Below are positions 10,097 through 19,256 of a DNA stretch of 64,000 nt, in pieces. Made by a program: the position numbers and the translations under genes. Within the stretch, counting starts at the first letter, position 1. Each line of letters begins with the position of its first letter. The notes beneath the pieces are model-generated. The model made no database searches and was not told the DNA's origin. It saw nothing but the letters and a program-made list of their open reading frames with translations. The stretch covers positions 2,144,001-2,208,000 of the forward strand of contig CBDCJV010000002.1 of NCBI GenBank assembly GCA_965217895.1, in the 5' to 3' direction. Source of the stretch: Waterburya sp. Lineage in GTDB: Bacteria > Cyanobacteriota > Cyanobacteriia > Cyanobacteriales > Xenococcaceae.

Positions 10097-10765
10097 TTAT
10101 TTTCTTTCACCCGTGACGATATAAGAGACTCGCTGACCAATATTAGTAGCATGATCCGCCATTCTTTCTAGGTGACGAATAGTTAAACCCAAAAGCAAGA
10201 TGGGTTCGACTACCCCTGGAACATCTTTTTGGAAAGCAATGATATTGTAAAGGCGATCGTAAGCGTCATCAACTACATCGTCTAGTTCTTTGACTCTACT
10301 CCCTGCGCTAACATCTAAATCAGCCAAAGCAACTAAACTAGTCGCTAACATCAACTGAGCGTGTTCAGACATCAAAGCAATCTCAGATAAAGCCTCGTGG
10401 GGAGCATATTTCATTAGCTTAACTGCCATTTCTGTCAGATCTTGAGCATAGTCACCAATACGCTCTAAATCTCTAACTAGCTGCATTATGGCACTAAGCA
10501 AACGTAAATCCCGAGCAACGGGTGCTTGTAGAGTCATAAGGGTAGAGCAGTCTGATTCAATCTGACGATAGTATATATCGATCTGTTTTTCGATAGTGAT
10601 TATCTTGCGGGTTGCCTCCAAATCACGCTCAAACAGTGATTGATGACTTAGACGAAAAGATTGTTCGACCAAAGTTCCCATGCGTAGAACTTCCTGCTGA
10701 ACTTTTCTAATCGATCTTTCTAGCTGATTTGACTCTGAGGGGCTAGCTTTGGAAGATAAGGTCAC
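10097..10765 (-). CDS. phoU: Phosphate signalling protein PhoU (SphU)
   Basis: Two PhoU repeats: QAPVARDLR..DLERIGDYA and HLERMADHATNI. Confidence 0.95.
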   Translation of the reverse strand: MTLSSKASPSESNQLERSIRKVQQEVLRMGTLVEQSFRLSHQSLFERDLEATRKIITIEKQIDIYYRQIESDCSTLMTLQAPVARDLRLLSAIMQLVRDLERIGDYAQDLTEMAVKLMKYAPHEALSEIALMSEHAQLMLATSLVALADLDVSAGSRVKELDDVVDDAYDRLYNIIAFQKDVPGVVEPILLLGLTIRHLERMADHATNIGQRVSYIVTGERK

Positions 10766-10869
10766 TGATTTGATAAATAATTAATTAAATATTTTTCTAT
10801 TAGGCTACATACAATAGATAACAACAAAAGTTTAAATTTTGATTACAATTTGTATATAATCTAACTAAG

Positions 10870-12195
10870 TTATTGTTTATTATCAAGAGGTAGAACAATT
10901 TCTAGCCATGCTCCACCAAAAGTAGGATGGTTTTTAGCAGCGATCGCACCTCCATGAGCCTGAATTATTTGCTCGACAATTGCTAAACCCAAACCACTAC
11001 CATCAACCAAAGCAGAATTGTCTGCCTGTTGTCTGGTACGAGATCTGTCTCCTCGGTAAAGCCGTTCAAATATATAGGGTAAGTCCCTCGCTTCAAAACC
11101 CGTTCCCGAATCAATAATATCAATCTTAACCTGTTTCACAGTCGCAGAATCTTCTGTAACAGATGATAACTGGACTAAAATTTCCTTGTTTGACGGATTA
11201 TGCTTAATCGCATTATCCAAAAGATTAAGAAAAACTTGAATCAAGCGAGAGCGATCGCCATCAATAGTAAGATCGAGATTGCCAGCATAAGCTAAAGTTA
11301 TCTCTTTTCTGGCGGCAACTGGTTCTAAGGTATGCCAAACCGACTGGATCAGATCGTGTAGCTGAATCGGTTCATATTTCAGGGTTTTATTAGGTGCAGC
11401 CTCTAGCTGAGTTAGATCTAGCCATTCCTGAACTAATTCGATCAAACGATTGGTTTCCTTGAGCATTTGTTCTACCCAACGACGCTCAGGGTTTTGCAGT
11501 CGCGATTGTAAAGTTTCTGCTACTAAAGAAATAGCGGTTAGGGGAGTACGAAGTTCGTGAGTCAGATCGGCAAAAGTGCGATCTCGCGATTGAGATAGAT
11601 CGAATAAAAGCTGTCGGTTTTCGAGAAAGACGGCGATCTGTCCTCCAGACAAAGGAAAACCATAACCCTTAATAGCGTGGGACTCTACTATTCTCCTGGG
11701 CGGTGAAGAGGTGTCTGCTTCGACAGGACTATCTTCAGGAGGGACGTAGCGAGTATAGTAAAAAACCCATTCCTTTTCTTGGGGATGCCCAGAGCTACGG
11801 GTGACTTCGATCAGGCTATCCAAATCGTAGGAACGTACCAATTCTAATAGTAAACGAACTCGTTGCGATCGCCAAGAATCAATTTTCAGTAATTCTTTAG
11901 CAGTTCGGTTACAGCCTAAAAGCTGATTTTCAGCGTCTACTTGCAAATAACCAATCGGTGCTTGTTCGATTAATTCTTGCCAAGTTTGCTTATTTTTTTC
12001 TAGCTTCTGACGTTGACGATCTAAATCAAGCAATTCGCGACGAATTAAAGAATGCACTGGTAAAGAAACATCACCGTCAGCATTAACACCATAAGAACTA
12101 AGAGTTTTCTTTAACTTTTTTTTAAACCGATATTGTTGCCCAGCATAAATTCCCAGACCGACTGCCAGTCCCATGAAAAAATCTATAGCTGCCAT
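10870..12195 (-). CDS. sphS: Phosphate-sensing histidine kinase SphS/PhoR
   Basis: PAS-like region, H-box DLTHELRTPL, N-box NLLDNAIK, G-boxes; lies between a PhoB homologue and phoU. Confidence 0.9.
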   Translation of the reverse strand: MAAIDFFMGLAVGLGIYAGQQYRFKKKLKKTLSSYGVNADGDVSLPVHSLIRRELLDLDRQRQKLEKNKQTWQELIEQAPIGYLQVDAENQLLGCNRTAKELLKIDSWRSQRVRLLLELVRSYDLDSLIEVTRSSGHPQEKEWVFYYTRYVPPEDSPVEADTSSPPRRIVESHAIKGYGFPLSGGQIAVFLENRQLLFDLSQSRDRTFADLTHELRTPLTAISLVAETLQSRLQNPERRWVEQMLKETNRLIELVQEWLDLTQLEAAPNKTLKYEPIQLHDLIQSVWHTLEPVAARKEITLAYAGNLDLTIDGDRSRLIQVFLNLLDNAIKHNPSNKEILVQLSSVTEDSATVKQVKIDIIDSGTGFEARDLPYIFERLYRGDRSRTRQQADNSALVDGSGLGLAIVEQIIQAHGGAIAAKNHPTFGGAWLEIVLPLDNKQ

Positions 12196-12283
12196 AGGTT
12201 AGTTATTACTTCTGAATGAACTAACTCTAGCAAATGCCTCTAGCTTTTGAAAGCTAGCTTTCAAAATCTCAAATTACTTTTTA

Positions 12284-12326
12284 TAGTAGGTAGTAGGTAG
12301 TTTTAAAAACTACCTACTACCTACTA
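12284..12326. repeat. Perfect 21-bp inverted repeat built from tandem heptamers (TAGTAGG)n, STRR-like
   Basis: TAGTAGGTAGTAGGTAGTTTT-A-AAAACTACCTACTACCTACTA; the same heptamer is tandem at ~6717-6740. Confidence 0.85.
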
Positions 12327-12381
12327 CGAACTTACCTCTTGGCAAAGTAATCTATGGTAATTTGTGCGCACAAGTCTAATA

Positions 12382-13137
12382 TTAACCAAAACGATAGCCA
12401 AAACCTCTGACCGTAATCAAATATTCAGGCTGACTGGGTTCTTCTTCTAGTTTTTCTCGTAACCAACGAATATGAACATCCACGGTTTTAGTATCTCCCA
12501 AGAAGTCTGGACCCCAAACTTGGTCGATTAATTGTTCTCTAGACCAAACTCGACGGGGATAACTCATAAACAATTCTAATAAGCGAAATTCTTTAGGGGA
12601 CAAATTTACTTCTGAACCCCTGACCACAACCCGACACTCTTCAGCAAAGAGATTTATATCACGATACTTCTGAACCGAACTAGGACTAGAAGATGGGTTA
12701 GTGTATCTTTGGCGACGTAACAAGGCACGACAGCGAGCTACGAGTTCTCTCATGCTAAAAGGTTTGGTCAGATAGTCATCCGCTCCTACCTCTAAACCCA
12801 ATACGCGGTCTGTTTCACTGCTTTTAGCACTAATTACTAAAATAGGCGTAATATCCTCTTCATAGCGTAATAAACGGCAGATATCTAAGCCATTAACTTC
12901 AGGCAGCATCAAGTCTAAGATAATTAAATCTGGAGCTAATTTTGCTTGGCTCAGGTTAGGGTTTTGCAACATATTTAGTGCTGTTCTACCATTGCTGGCG
13001 GTGTGAACCTCAAAACCTTCTTCTTCTAAAGCAATTACAACCATCTCTCTAATTAAGTCTTCATCTTCAACTAGCAAGATGCGATTTGTTTGAGTCAATT
13101 TAGATTCGACTGGAGGCTGGATTTCTGAACACAGCAT
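12382..13137 (-). CDS. sphR: OmpR-family phosphate regulon response regulator SphR/PhoB
   Basis: Receiver domain plus winged helix with KTVDVHIRWLREKLE..P..TVRGFGYRFG; operon context. Confidence 0.9.
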   Translation of the reverse strand: MLCSEIQPPVESKLTQTNRILLVEDEDLIREMVVIALEEEGFEVHTASNGRTALNMLQNPNLSQAKLAPDLIILDLMLPEVNGLDICRLLRYEEDITPILVISAKSSETDRVLGLEVGADDYLTKPFSMRELVARCRALLRRQRYTNPSSSPSSVQKYRDINLFAEECRVVVRGSEVNLSPKEFRLLELFMSYPRRVWSREQLIDQVWGPDFLGDTKTVDVHIRWLREKLEEEPSQPEYLITVRGFGYRFG

Positions 13138-13232
13138 AAATAAATACTTTAAATTATCGGTAATATTACATATACATTAAAATTGGCACTTAGTGACATT
13201 CTAAGCAAATTATTAATGTTGTTAAGGTTTGG

Positions 13233-13829
13233 TTATCTTCCTGCATAGCGTTCTTCTGCCCATGGTTCTCCCCGTCGATGATAGCCATTTCGTTCCCAAA
13301 AACCAGATTCATCATGGTCTAAAAATTCGATGCCGTTAATCCATTTAGCACTTTTCCAAGCATATAAATGAGGCACAACTAATCTCATTGGACCACCATG
13401 TTCGGCGGGCAGAGGTTCACCGTCAAGGGTATGAGCAAAAAAGTTTTCGGCGTGGGCAAAGTCCTCTAAGGGCAAATTAGTCGTGTAACCACCATAGGAA
13501 TGTTGCAAAATATGAGTTGCTTTGGAGTCAATCTCAATTGCCTGAAGAAAATCTGTAACCCTGACTCCTCTCCACTTTACATCTAGCTTTGACCAACGAG
13601 TTACGCAGTGAAAATCAGCGATAATGTCCTGCTGGGGCAAACTCATAAAATCTGACCAGTCAAAGGCTTTAGGTGTAACCAAACCCCATACTTTAAACAG
13701 CCAATTGTCGGTGGAAATTTGCGGTGTTTCTCCATAGGTGAGAACAGGAAACCCCTTAGCTAAATACTGACCAGGAGGGACTCTTTCTTTTTGGTCTGCT
13801 TCTGGTTTAGTAAAAAATTTTCTCGCCAT
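13233..13829 (-). CDS. Sulfite-oxidase-like molybdopterin oxidoreductase (YuiH-like)
   Basis: RVPPGQ, DFHCVTRWS, EHGGPMRLVVPHLYAWKSAKW and GFWERNGYH motifs. Confidence 0.9.
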   Translation of the reverse strand: MARKFFTKPEADQKERVPPGQYLAKGFPVLTYGETPQISTDNWLFKVWGLVTPKAFDWSDFMSLPQQDIIADFHCVTRWSKLDVKWRGVRVTDFLQAIEIDSKATHILQHSYGGYTTNLPLEDFAHAENFFAHTLDGEPLPAEHGGPMRLVVPHLYAWKSAKWINGIEFLDHDESGFWERNGYHRRGEPWAEERYAGR

Positions 13830-13991
13830 AGTTTCAGTTTAATAAACTTCTCGCTCAAATTAATTCTACTAAAAAACAAAGGTGCGTCACCTTAAGGCAC
13901 ACACCATTACTTTTCCAATCTAACCTATAAACAGTTCGTCGTTAGTAGTTGGTAGTTAGTAGGTAATAAGTAGTTTATACCCGACTACAAC

Positions 13992-14035
13992 AAGTCGATT
14001 GGACTTGCGCCCTTCGGCGACGCGTCCCTCGACTT
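13992..14035. repeat. Small GC-rich dispersed hairpin repeat flanked by STRR-like tandem repeats
   Basis: AAGTCGA..GGAC..GCG cccttcggcg ..CGC GTCC..TCGACTT nested stem downstream of rpmF. Confidence 0.55.
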
Positions 14036-14078
14036 CAAACGACAGACAACAAACTACAAACTCTTAGATAGACAAAAC

Positions 14079-14255
14079 CTATTCTTCGTCATCCTCTTCA
14101 TCATCTTGAGGATAGACAAAGCTATTAGAACGTCCAGACAAGACGGATTTACCCAGAGATAAAGCTTTCTCAGCTTCCACTGCTGCCTTGTGCTTCCAGA
14201 CTGCTTTGCGACTATCACGTTTCGATTTAGATGTTTTCTTCTTTGGTACTGCCAT
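14079..14255 (-). CDS. rpmF: 50S ribosomal protein L32 (58 aa, not in ORF track)
   Basis: Manual translation [58 protein letters not shown]. Confidence 0.96.
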   Translation of the reverse strand: MAVPKKKTSKSKRDSRKAVWKHKAAVEAEKALSLGKSVLSGRSNSFVYPQDDEEDDEE

Positions 14256-14310
14256 AATTATTTAATTTAAGAGGACAACCTTACTATTGTAATGGTTATG
14301 TCCCAAAAAG

Positions 14311-15084
14311 CTAGAGAGTTTGACCAGGAAAAAGGCTAGTCTCACCAATAGATTGCTCGGCATTGCCAACATCAGAGTCTAAAAACTTGTGATTAACTAT
14401 GTCTCTAAATTCTGCTAAATCATTTTTCCAGTGATCTAAAAAGCTTTGTACTTGGGCTAATCTCTTCTCCTGGCTTCCTTCTGGATTAACGCTGTAGTTA
14501 AAGTTGCCAGCAAACAAAATTGCCGTTATGGATTGTTGTTCAGGTTGCTGTAGTCGAGCTTCAGAAACACTGATGCTCAATTGGCATCTATCCAAAAGAT
14601 ACATCAAATTAATGCTTGCCTGTACAGGAGCTTGACCAATTTTTTTCCAAGAGCCAGCACCAAGTAGGCTACTAGTAATAAATTCACGCACAGTTGCGGG
14701 GTTATCAGGAAAAGGCATCAAAATTTTAGGACTCATTCCCAAGCCCATATAGTCTGCATGAGGCAGTTTTTCAATGTACTTGGCTGCTACAGTTGCGATC
14801 GCTAGTTCTTCTGTTCTATTTCCCAAAGATTCTCGTACTGTGATGGTATGAGGCTGGGCAGTTATGCCGACACCATTGGTAAAGTTTAACTGCGCCAAAT
14901 TAGGATTTAGTACTGGCTGCTGGGAGAGTTCCCATTCTTTGGGGATGATGCCACTAAATTTGAGAAAATCTTGGCTCATCATGGTAGGAGTTAAGTCTTG
15001 TGCGGCGATAATGATGGACAATTCTTCAATAGAATCAGTAAGAGTCGAGGGATTAACGGCAGATGCCACGTTAGATGTAGTCAT
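14311..15084 (-). CDS. Conserved cyanobacterial hypothetical protein
   Basis: 257-aa ORF with DFLKFSGIIP.EWEL..QP and FAGNFNY motifs; function not recognised. Confidence 0.7.
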   Translation of the reverse strand: MTTSNVASAVNPSTLTDSIEELSIIIAAQDLTPTMMSQDFLKFSGIIPKEWELSQQPVLNPNLAQLNFTNGVGITAQPHTITVRESLGNRTEELAIATVAAKYIEKLPHADYMGLGMSPKILMPFPDNPATVREFITSSLLGAGSWKKIGQAPVQASINLMYLLDRCQLSISVSEARLQQPEQQSITAILFAGNFNYSVNPEGSQEKRLAQVQSFLDHWKNDLAEFRDIVNHKFLDSDVGNAEQSIGETSLFPGQTL

Positions 15085-15250
15085 AATCTAATCAGCCAAA
15101 AATTGTTTTATATAATATGTATCTATAAGTACTTTGCCCAAAAAAAGTAGCAAACTCCCATAAGGCTAAAAATAATTTTGACTCTTAACTCTTGACTTTT
15201 GACTTCAATATTTGCGAGTCTGCAATAACATTCCAACTTAAACCACGCTC

Positions 15251-16756
15251 ATGACTTTAAACGTATACAATACTCTTACCCGCACCAAGTCAACGTTTCA
15301 AACCATTGAAGAGAATAAAGTGCGGATGTATTGCTGTGGCATAACTGTCTATGATTATTGTCACCTTGGTCATGCTAGAACTTGTCTAGTATGGGACGTG
15401 GTGCGTCGTTACCTACGGTGGAGTGGTTATAAAGTAAATTACATTCAGAATTTTACTGACATTGACGATAAAATCCTCAAGCGCGCCAGACAAGAAGGAA
15501 CTTCAATGGAGGCAGTTTCCGAAAAGTATATTGAGGCATACTTTGAAGACATGGAACAGTTAGGAGTTGGCAAAGCCGATGCCTATCCCCGCGCTACCCA
15601 TACCTTAGATGGCATTAAGCGTTTAGTTTATGAATTAGAACAAAAAGGTTTTGCCTATCCTGCCGAGGGAGATGTTTATTATTCTGTACAAAAGTTTCCT
15701 GAATACGGCAAGCTATCAGGCAGAAAGTTAGAAGATATGCAGGCTGGTGCTAGTGGCAGAGTTAGAGTTGAAGATCCCGAAGCTAGTAAGAAGCGCGCCA
15801 GCACTGCGGACGATGTTCTCGACCCAGGTGACTGGCGTAAGAAGCAGTATGCCTTCGATTTCGCCCTTTGGAAAGCTGCCAAAGAAGGTGAACCTGCTTG
15901 GGAATCTCCTTGGGGAAATGGTCGTCCTGGCTGGCATATTGAGTGTTCGGCAATGGTCAGAGAAAGACTAGGAGAAACCATCGATCTTCATGTCGGCGGT
16001 GGAGACTTGATTTTTCCCCATCATGAAAACGAAATTGCTCAATCTGAAGCAGTAACGGGTAAACCCCTGGCTAACTATTGGCTGCACAACGGCATGATCA
16101 TTGTGGAAGGGAAAAAGATGTCTAAGTCTTTAGGTAACTTTATTACTATCCGCGAGTTGTTAGATAAATATGAGCCAATGGCAGTACGTTTGTTTATTTT
16201 GCAGACTCAATATCGTAAGCCTGTAGACTTTACTGAATCAGCCTTAGCTACAGCTACTAATAGCTGGGAGACTTTGAAAGAAGGATTGCTGTTTGGTTAT
16301 CAATATGGCAAAAAATTAGCTTTTTCAGCCTCTAGCGATCGCGCTATTCGCAACCAAGAATTAGTTAAGCGATTTAAAGAAGCGGTTGACGATGATTTTA
16401 ACTTTGCCGGTGGTTTAGCGATTTTATTTGAAATTGCTAAGAATCTAAGTAAAGAAGGTAATATTCTAGTCCATCAAGGAACAACCAAAACAACAACAGA
16501 AGAGTTGGCTGCACAATGGCATACTTTAATTGAGCTTGCAGGAATCTTGGGTTTTGCAGTGCAGATTGAAGATGTTGATGACAATAGTAACCAAGGCTTA
16601 AGTGATGGAGAGATAGATGCTTTGGTGCAGCAGCGTAATGATGCTAGAGCTAATAAAAACTATGGCCAAAGCGATCGCCTTAGAGACGAACTACAGGCAC
16701 AAGGTATTACTCTAATTGATAAACCAGGAGGCATTACTATTTGGAATCGAGGTTAA
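15251..16756 (+). CDS. cysS: Cysteinyl-tRNA synthetase (with 17-aa repeat-derived insertion)
   Basis: CGITVYDYCHLGHAR (HIGH), DFALWK, GRPGWHIECSAM, FPHHENE, KMSKS. Confidence 0.98.
   Translation: MTLNVYNTLTRTKSTFQTIEENKVRMYCCGITVYDYCHLGHARTCLVWDVVRRYLRWSGYKVNYIQNFTDIDDKILKRARQEGTSMEAVSEKYIEAYFEDMEQLGVGKADAYPRATHTLDGIKRLVYELEQKGFAYPAEGDVYYSVQKFPEYGKLSGRKLEDMQAGASGRVRVEDPEASKKRASTADDVLDPGDWRKKQYAFDFALWKAAKEGEPAWESPWGNGRPGWHIECSAMVRERLGETIDLHVGGGDLIFPHHENEIAQSEAVTGKPLANYWLHNGMIIVEGKKMSKSLGNFITIRELLDKYEPMAVRLFILQTQYRKPVDFTESALATATNSWETLKEGLLFGYQYGKKLAFSASSDRAIRNQELVKRFKEAVDDDFNFAGGLAILFEIAKNLSKEGNILVHQGTTKTTTEELAAQWHTLIELAGILGFAVQIEDVDDNSNQGLSDGEIDALVQQRNDARANKNYGQSDRLRDELQAQGITLIDKPGGITIWNRG
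15786..15845. mobile_element. Small palindromic element inserted in-frame in cysS, flanked by a 9-bp direct repeat
   Basis: GTAAGAAGC at 15786-94 and 15837-45 around a 42-bp GC-rich core with CGCCAG.CAC...GTG.CTGGCG ends; net +51 nt. Confidence 0.8.
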
Positions 16757-16781
16757 ATTTTAATTACACTCACTTATTAAT

Positions 16782-17033
16782 TTGATGACCACTGAACAAC
16801 AATTAGAACTAGAAGAAATTAAAAAGCAGATCGGCGATCGCTTTGATAAACAAGATGAAAAGATTAATGCTCGCTTTGATAAGCAAGATGAAAAAATTAG
16901 CGATATTAGAATTGAACTTGCTGAAATCAAAGTTGATACTACATGGATTAAATGGTTATTTGGTGGATTATTGAGCTTTATTTTGATTCTGTTAAGTGTG
17001 ATCATCACGATGATTTTCAAGTTAGTTAGTTGA
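16782..17033 (+). CDS. Small coiled-coil protein with C-terminal TM helix (DUF1640/XhlA-like architecture)
   Basis: RFDKQDEKI twice (33-nt tandem repeat) then IKWLFGGLLSFILILLSVIITMIF. Confidence 0.7.
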   Translation: MMTTEQQLELEEIKKQIGDRFDKQDEKINARFDKQDEKISDIRIELAEIKVDTTWIKWLFGGLLSFILILLSVIITMIFKLVS

Positions 17034-17040
17034 ATAATGA

Positions 17041-17197
17041 TGCAGTAGCGTAATGATGCTCAAGCTAATAAACATCATTCAAAAAGCGATGCCTACGGCT
17101 AGCTCCGCAATCGCCTGAGAAACGAATTACAGGTACAAGGTACTACTTTAATCAATGAACCAGGAGGAGTAACTATTTGGAATCGAAGTTAGATTTT
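17041..17197 (+). pseudogene. Degenerate second copy of the cysS 3' end
   Basis: Aligns to 16626-16761 at about 80% nt identity (hand count 24 mismatches in 136) plus a 21-nt insertion; reads Q*RNDAQANKHHSKSD..RLRNELQVQGTTLINEPGGVTIWNRS*. Confidence 0.9.
17086..17114. mobile_element. 21-nt element inserted inside a HIP1 site (SDR5-like)
   Basis: GCGAT[GCCTACGGCTAGCTCCGCAAT]CGC versus intact GCGATCGC at the equivalent cysS position (~16671-16678). Confidence 0.8.
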
Positions 17198-17371
17198 GTT
17201 TTAAACAAGCTGACTAAAGTAAAGCTTAATAATTAGAAAAGAAAACTTTTGGTCAAGAATTGAATACGAATCTAAACACAAAATGTTTTTTGTAATTTAT
17301 TTTGCTGTTAATTACAGTTTTGAAAGCGATATTCCCAACATTTTGCAATATATTGAAAAGTTATTTTAACT

Positions 17372-17647
17372 ATGAAGCAAGTAAAAATAATAGTCTCAGG
17401 AAAAGTGCAGGGTGTAGGATTTAGGTATTACACTCGCAAAAAAGCAGAGCAATTAGGCGTTCGGGGATATGTGCGAAATTTGAAAAATGGCAATGTAGAA
17501 ATTGTTACCGTCGGAGAAACAAAACAAGTGGATACACTAATTGAATGGGCTAGATCTGGTTCTCCTGCTGCTGTAGTAAATGATCTGAAGATAAAAGCTA
17601 TTGATGAGCTTGAAGAAAAATATCAAGACTTTGAAATTCTCAGGTAA
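17372..17647 (+). CDS. acyP: Acylphosphatase
   Basis: VSGKVQGVGFRY, GYVRNLKNGNVE and GSPAAVV motifs. Confidence 0.93.
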   Translation: MKQVKIIVSGKVQGVGFRYYTRKKAEQLGVRGYVRNLKNGNVEIVTVGETKQVDTLIEWARSGSPAAVVNDLKIKAIDELEEKYQDFEILR

Positions 17648-17733
17648 GTATAAATGTTCAAACTCTATCAGCCAACTTTGCTTAAATCTATAACGACCGA
17701 TTTAGAAAAGTTAATTGAGTCAAACGCCAAGAC

Positions 17734-17801
17734 AGAGATGAACTACACAAAGATATTACTCTAATTGATAAACCAAGAGGAGTAACTGTTTAAAATTGAG
17801 G
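17734..17801 (+). pseudogene. Third, more decayed copy of the cysS 3' end
   Basis: AGAGATGAACTAC..ACAA.GATATTACTCTAATTGATAAACCAAGAGGAGTAACTGTTTAAAATTGAGG matches cysS 16682-16752. Confidence 0.8.
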
Positions 17802-17829
17802 ACAAACCAAAGCAATGATGCTTGACTTT

Positions 17830-18951
17830 TTAAATGTTCTTTAATAGATAATCTTGGGCAATTTTAACAATTCTCGCTGAAGCCTGACCATCACCGAAAG
17901 GATTAATCGCTGTTGCCATTTGTTGATAAATAGCTTGGTTTTCTAGCAGTTCGGTAGTGTAATCTAAAATTGCTTGGGGATCTGTACCAATTAGCTTTGC
18001 AGTACCAGCTTCAACAGCTTCTGGTCTTTCTGTAGTTTCTCGTAAAACTAATACAGGCTTGCCTAAACTTGGAGCTTCTTCTTGTAGTCCTCCTGAATCT
18101 GTCAGTAGCATATAACAGCCAGAAATTGCTCCCACTAATTCTGTATAGTCTAAAGGTTCGGTCAAAAATACTCTAGGGCGATCGCCTAATGCAGCTTTAA
18201 TTGGCTCTCGCACGGTAGGATTACGATGCAAAGGTAGAAGTAATGCTGTATCGGGAAAACGATCTAAGATAGCGTTAAATCCCTGCAAAATGTCTTGTAA
18301 AGGTTTGCCCCAATTTTCTCGACGGTGTACCGTTGCTAGTAAAACTCGATATTTAGACCAGTCTAAGTTGGGTATTCGACATTCAGGTTTATTATTTGCC
18401 ACAGTCAAAAGAGTATCTATTACGGTGTTTCCTGTATGGTGAATTTCTCCTGTCACCCCAGATTTTTGTAAATTTTTGACTGCTAATTCAGTTGGCGCAA
18501 AGTGAAATTGAGCAATTTGTGAGATTAAACGACGATTAGCTTCTTCTGGATATGGATTATACAGATCATCAGTCCGCAAACCAGCCTCAACATGACCTAC
18601 AGGAATCTGATGGTAGAATGCTGCCAAAGCAGCCGAAAAAGCAGTAGTTGTATCTCCCTGTACAAAGATTAGTTTAGGTTGGACTGTCGCAAAAATTTTT
18701 TCTAATCCCAGCAGACTGTCACAAGTAATACTAGTTAATGTTTGTTTTGGCTTCATGATTGCTAAATCGTGGTCTGCACTCAAGTCAAATAACTCCATGA
18801 CTCGATCTACCATTTCTCTATGTTGTCCCGTAAGAATAAGATGAGTCTTAATTTGAACAACAGAATTAAGCTGTTTGATAACTGGTGCTAGTTTGATAGC
18901 TTCGGGACGAGTTCCTAAAATTACCCCGACAGAAATAGTTGATGTAGTCAT
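17830..18951 (-). CDS. wecB: UDP-N-acetylglucosamine 2-epimerase (non-hydrolysing)
   Basis: GTRPEAIK, TGQH, QGDTTT, HVEAGLR, HRREN, TDSGGLQEEAP and ERPE motifs. Confidence 0.96.
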   Translation of the reverse strand: MTTSTISVGVILGTRPEAIKLAPVIKQLNSVVQIKTHLILTGQHREMVDRVMELFDLSADHDLAIMKPKQTLTSITCDSLLGLEKIFATVQPKLIFVQGDTTTAFSAALAAFYHQIPVGHVEAGLRTDDLYNPYPEEANRRLISQIAQFHFAPTELAVKNLQKSGVTGEIHHTGNTVIDTLLTVANNKPECRIPNLDWSKYRVLLATVHRRENWGKPLQDILQGFNAILDRFPDTALLLPLHRNPTVREPIKAALGDRPRVFLTEPLDYTELVGAISGCYMLLTDSGGLQEEAPSLGKPVLVLRETTERPEAVEAGTAKLIGTDPQAILDYTTELLENQAIYQQMATAINPFGDGQASARIVKIAQDYLLKNI

Positions 18952-19256
18952 ATTTATTTAACTTAACTAAACTAATGTTACGCGCTAATTGAGCGGTGAG
19001 GATTGGCAAAAGCAATTGTCTTGAATGTTAAGTCTAATTCTTAGATTCAGGCGATCGCTTTTTTTAAGATACAAGCTTAAAGGGTAGGTAGGTTATTCTA
19101 TTTTCATTTCTCATTGGAAGCTGATTGCTTGTCATACTGCGTAACGTCAGTGATTTAATTGCCTAAGCGTAAAGTTTTGCACAAGCTGCCTCCTTTGCCC
19201 GACAATATTTTGTTACAATTACGTTCGGTAAAATTAAGTTGTGAAAAATTCGTTCA

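Noticed and set aside
13208..13237. Possible autoregulatory Pho box upstream of sphR
   Set aside because: Only one good unit (CTTAACAA); flanking units match poorly
16760..17020. 86-aa minus-strand ORF
   Set aside because: Antisense shadow of the plus-strand coiled-coil/TM gene, which has the more protein-like pattern
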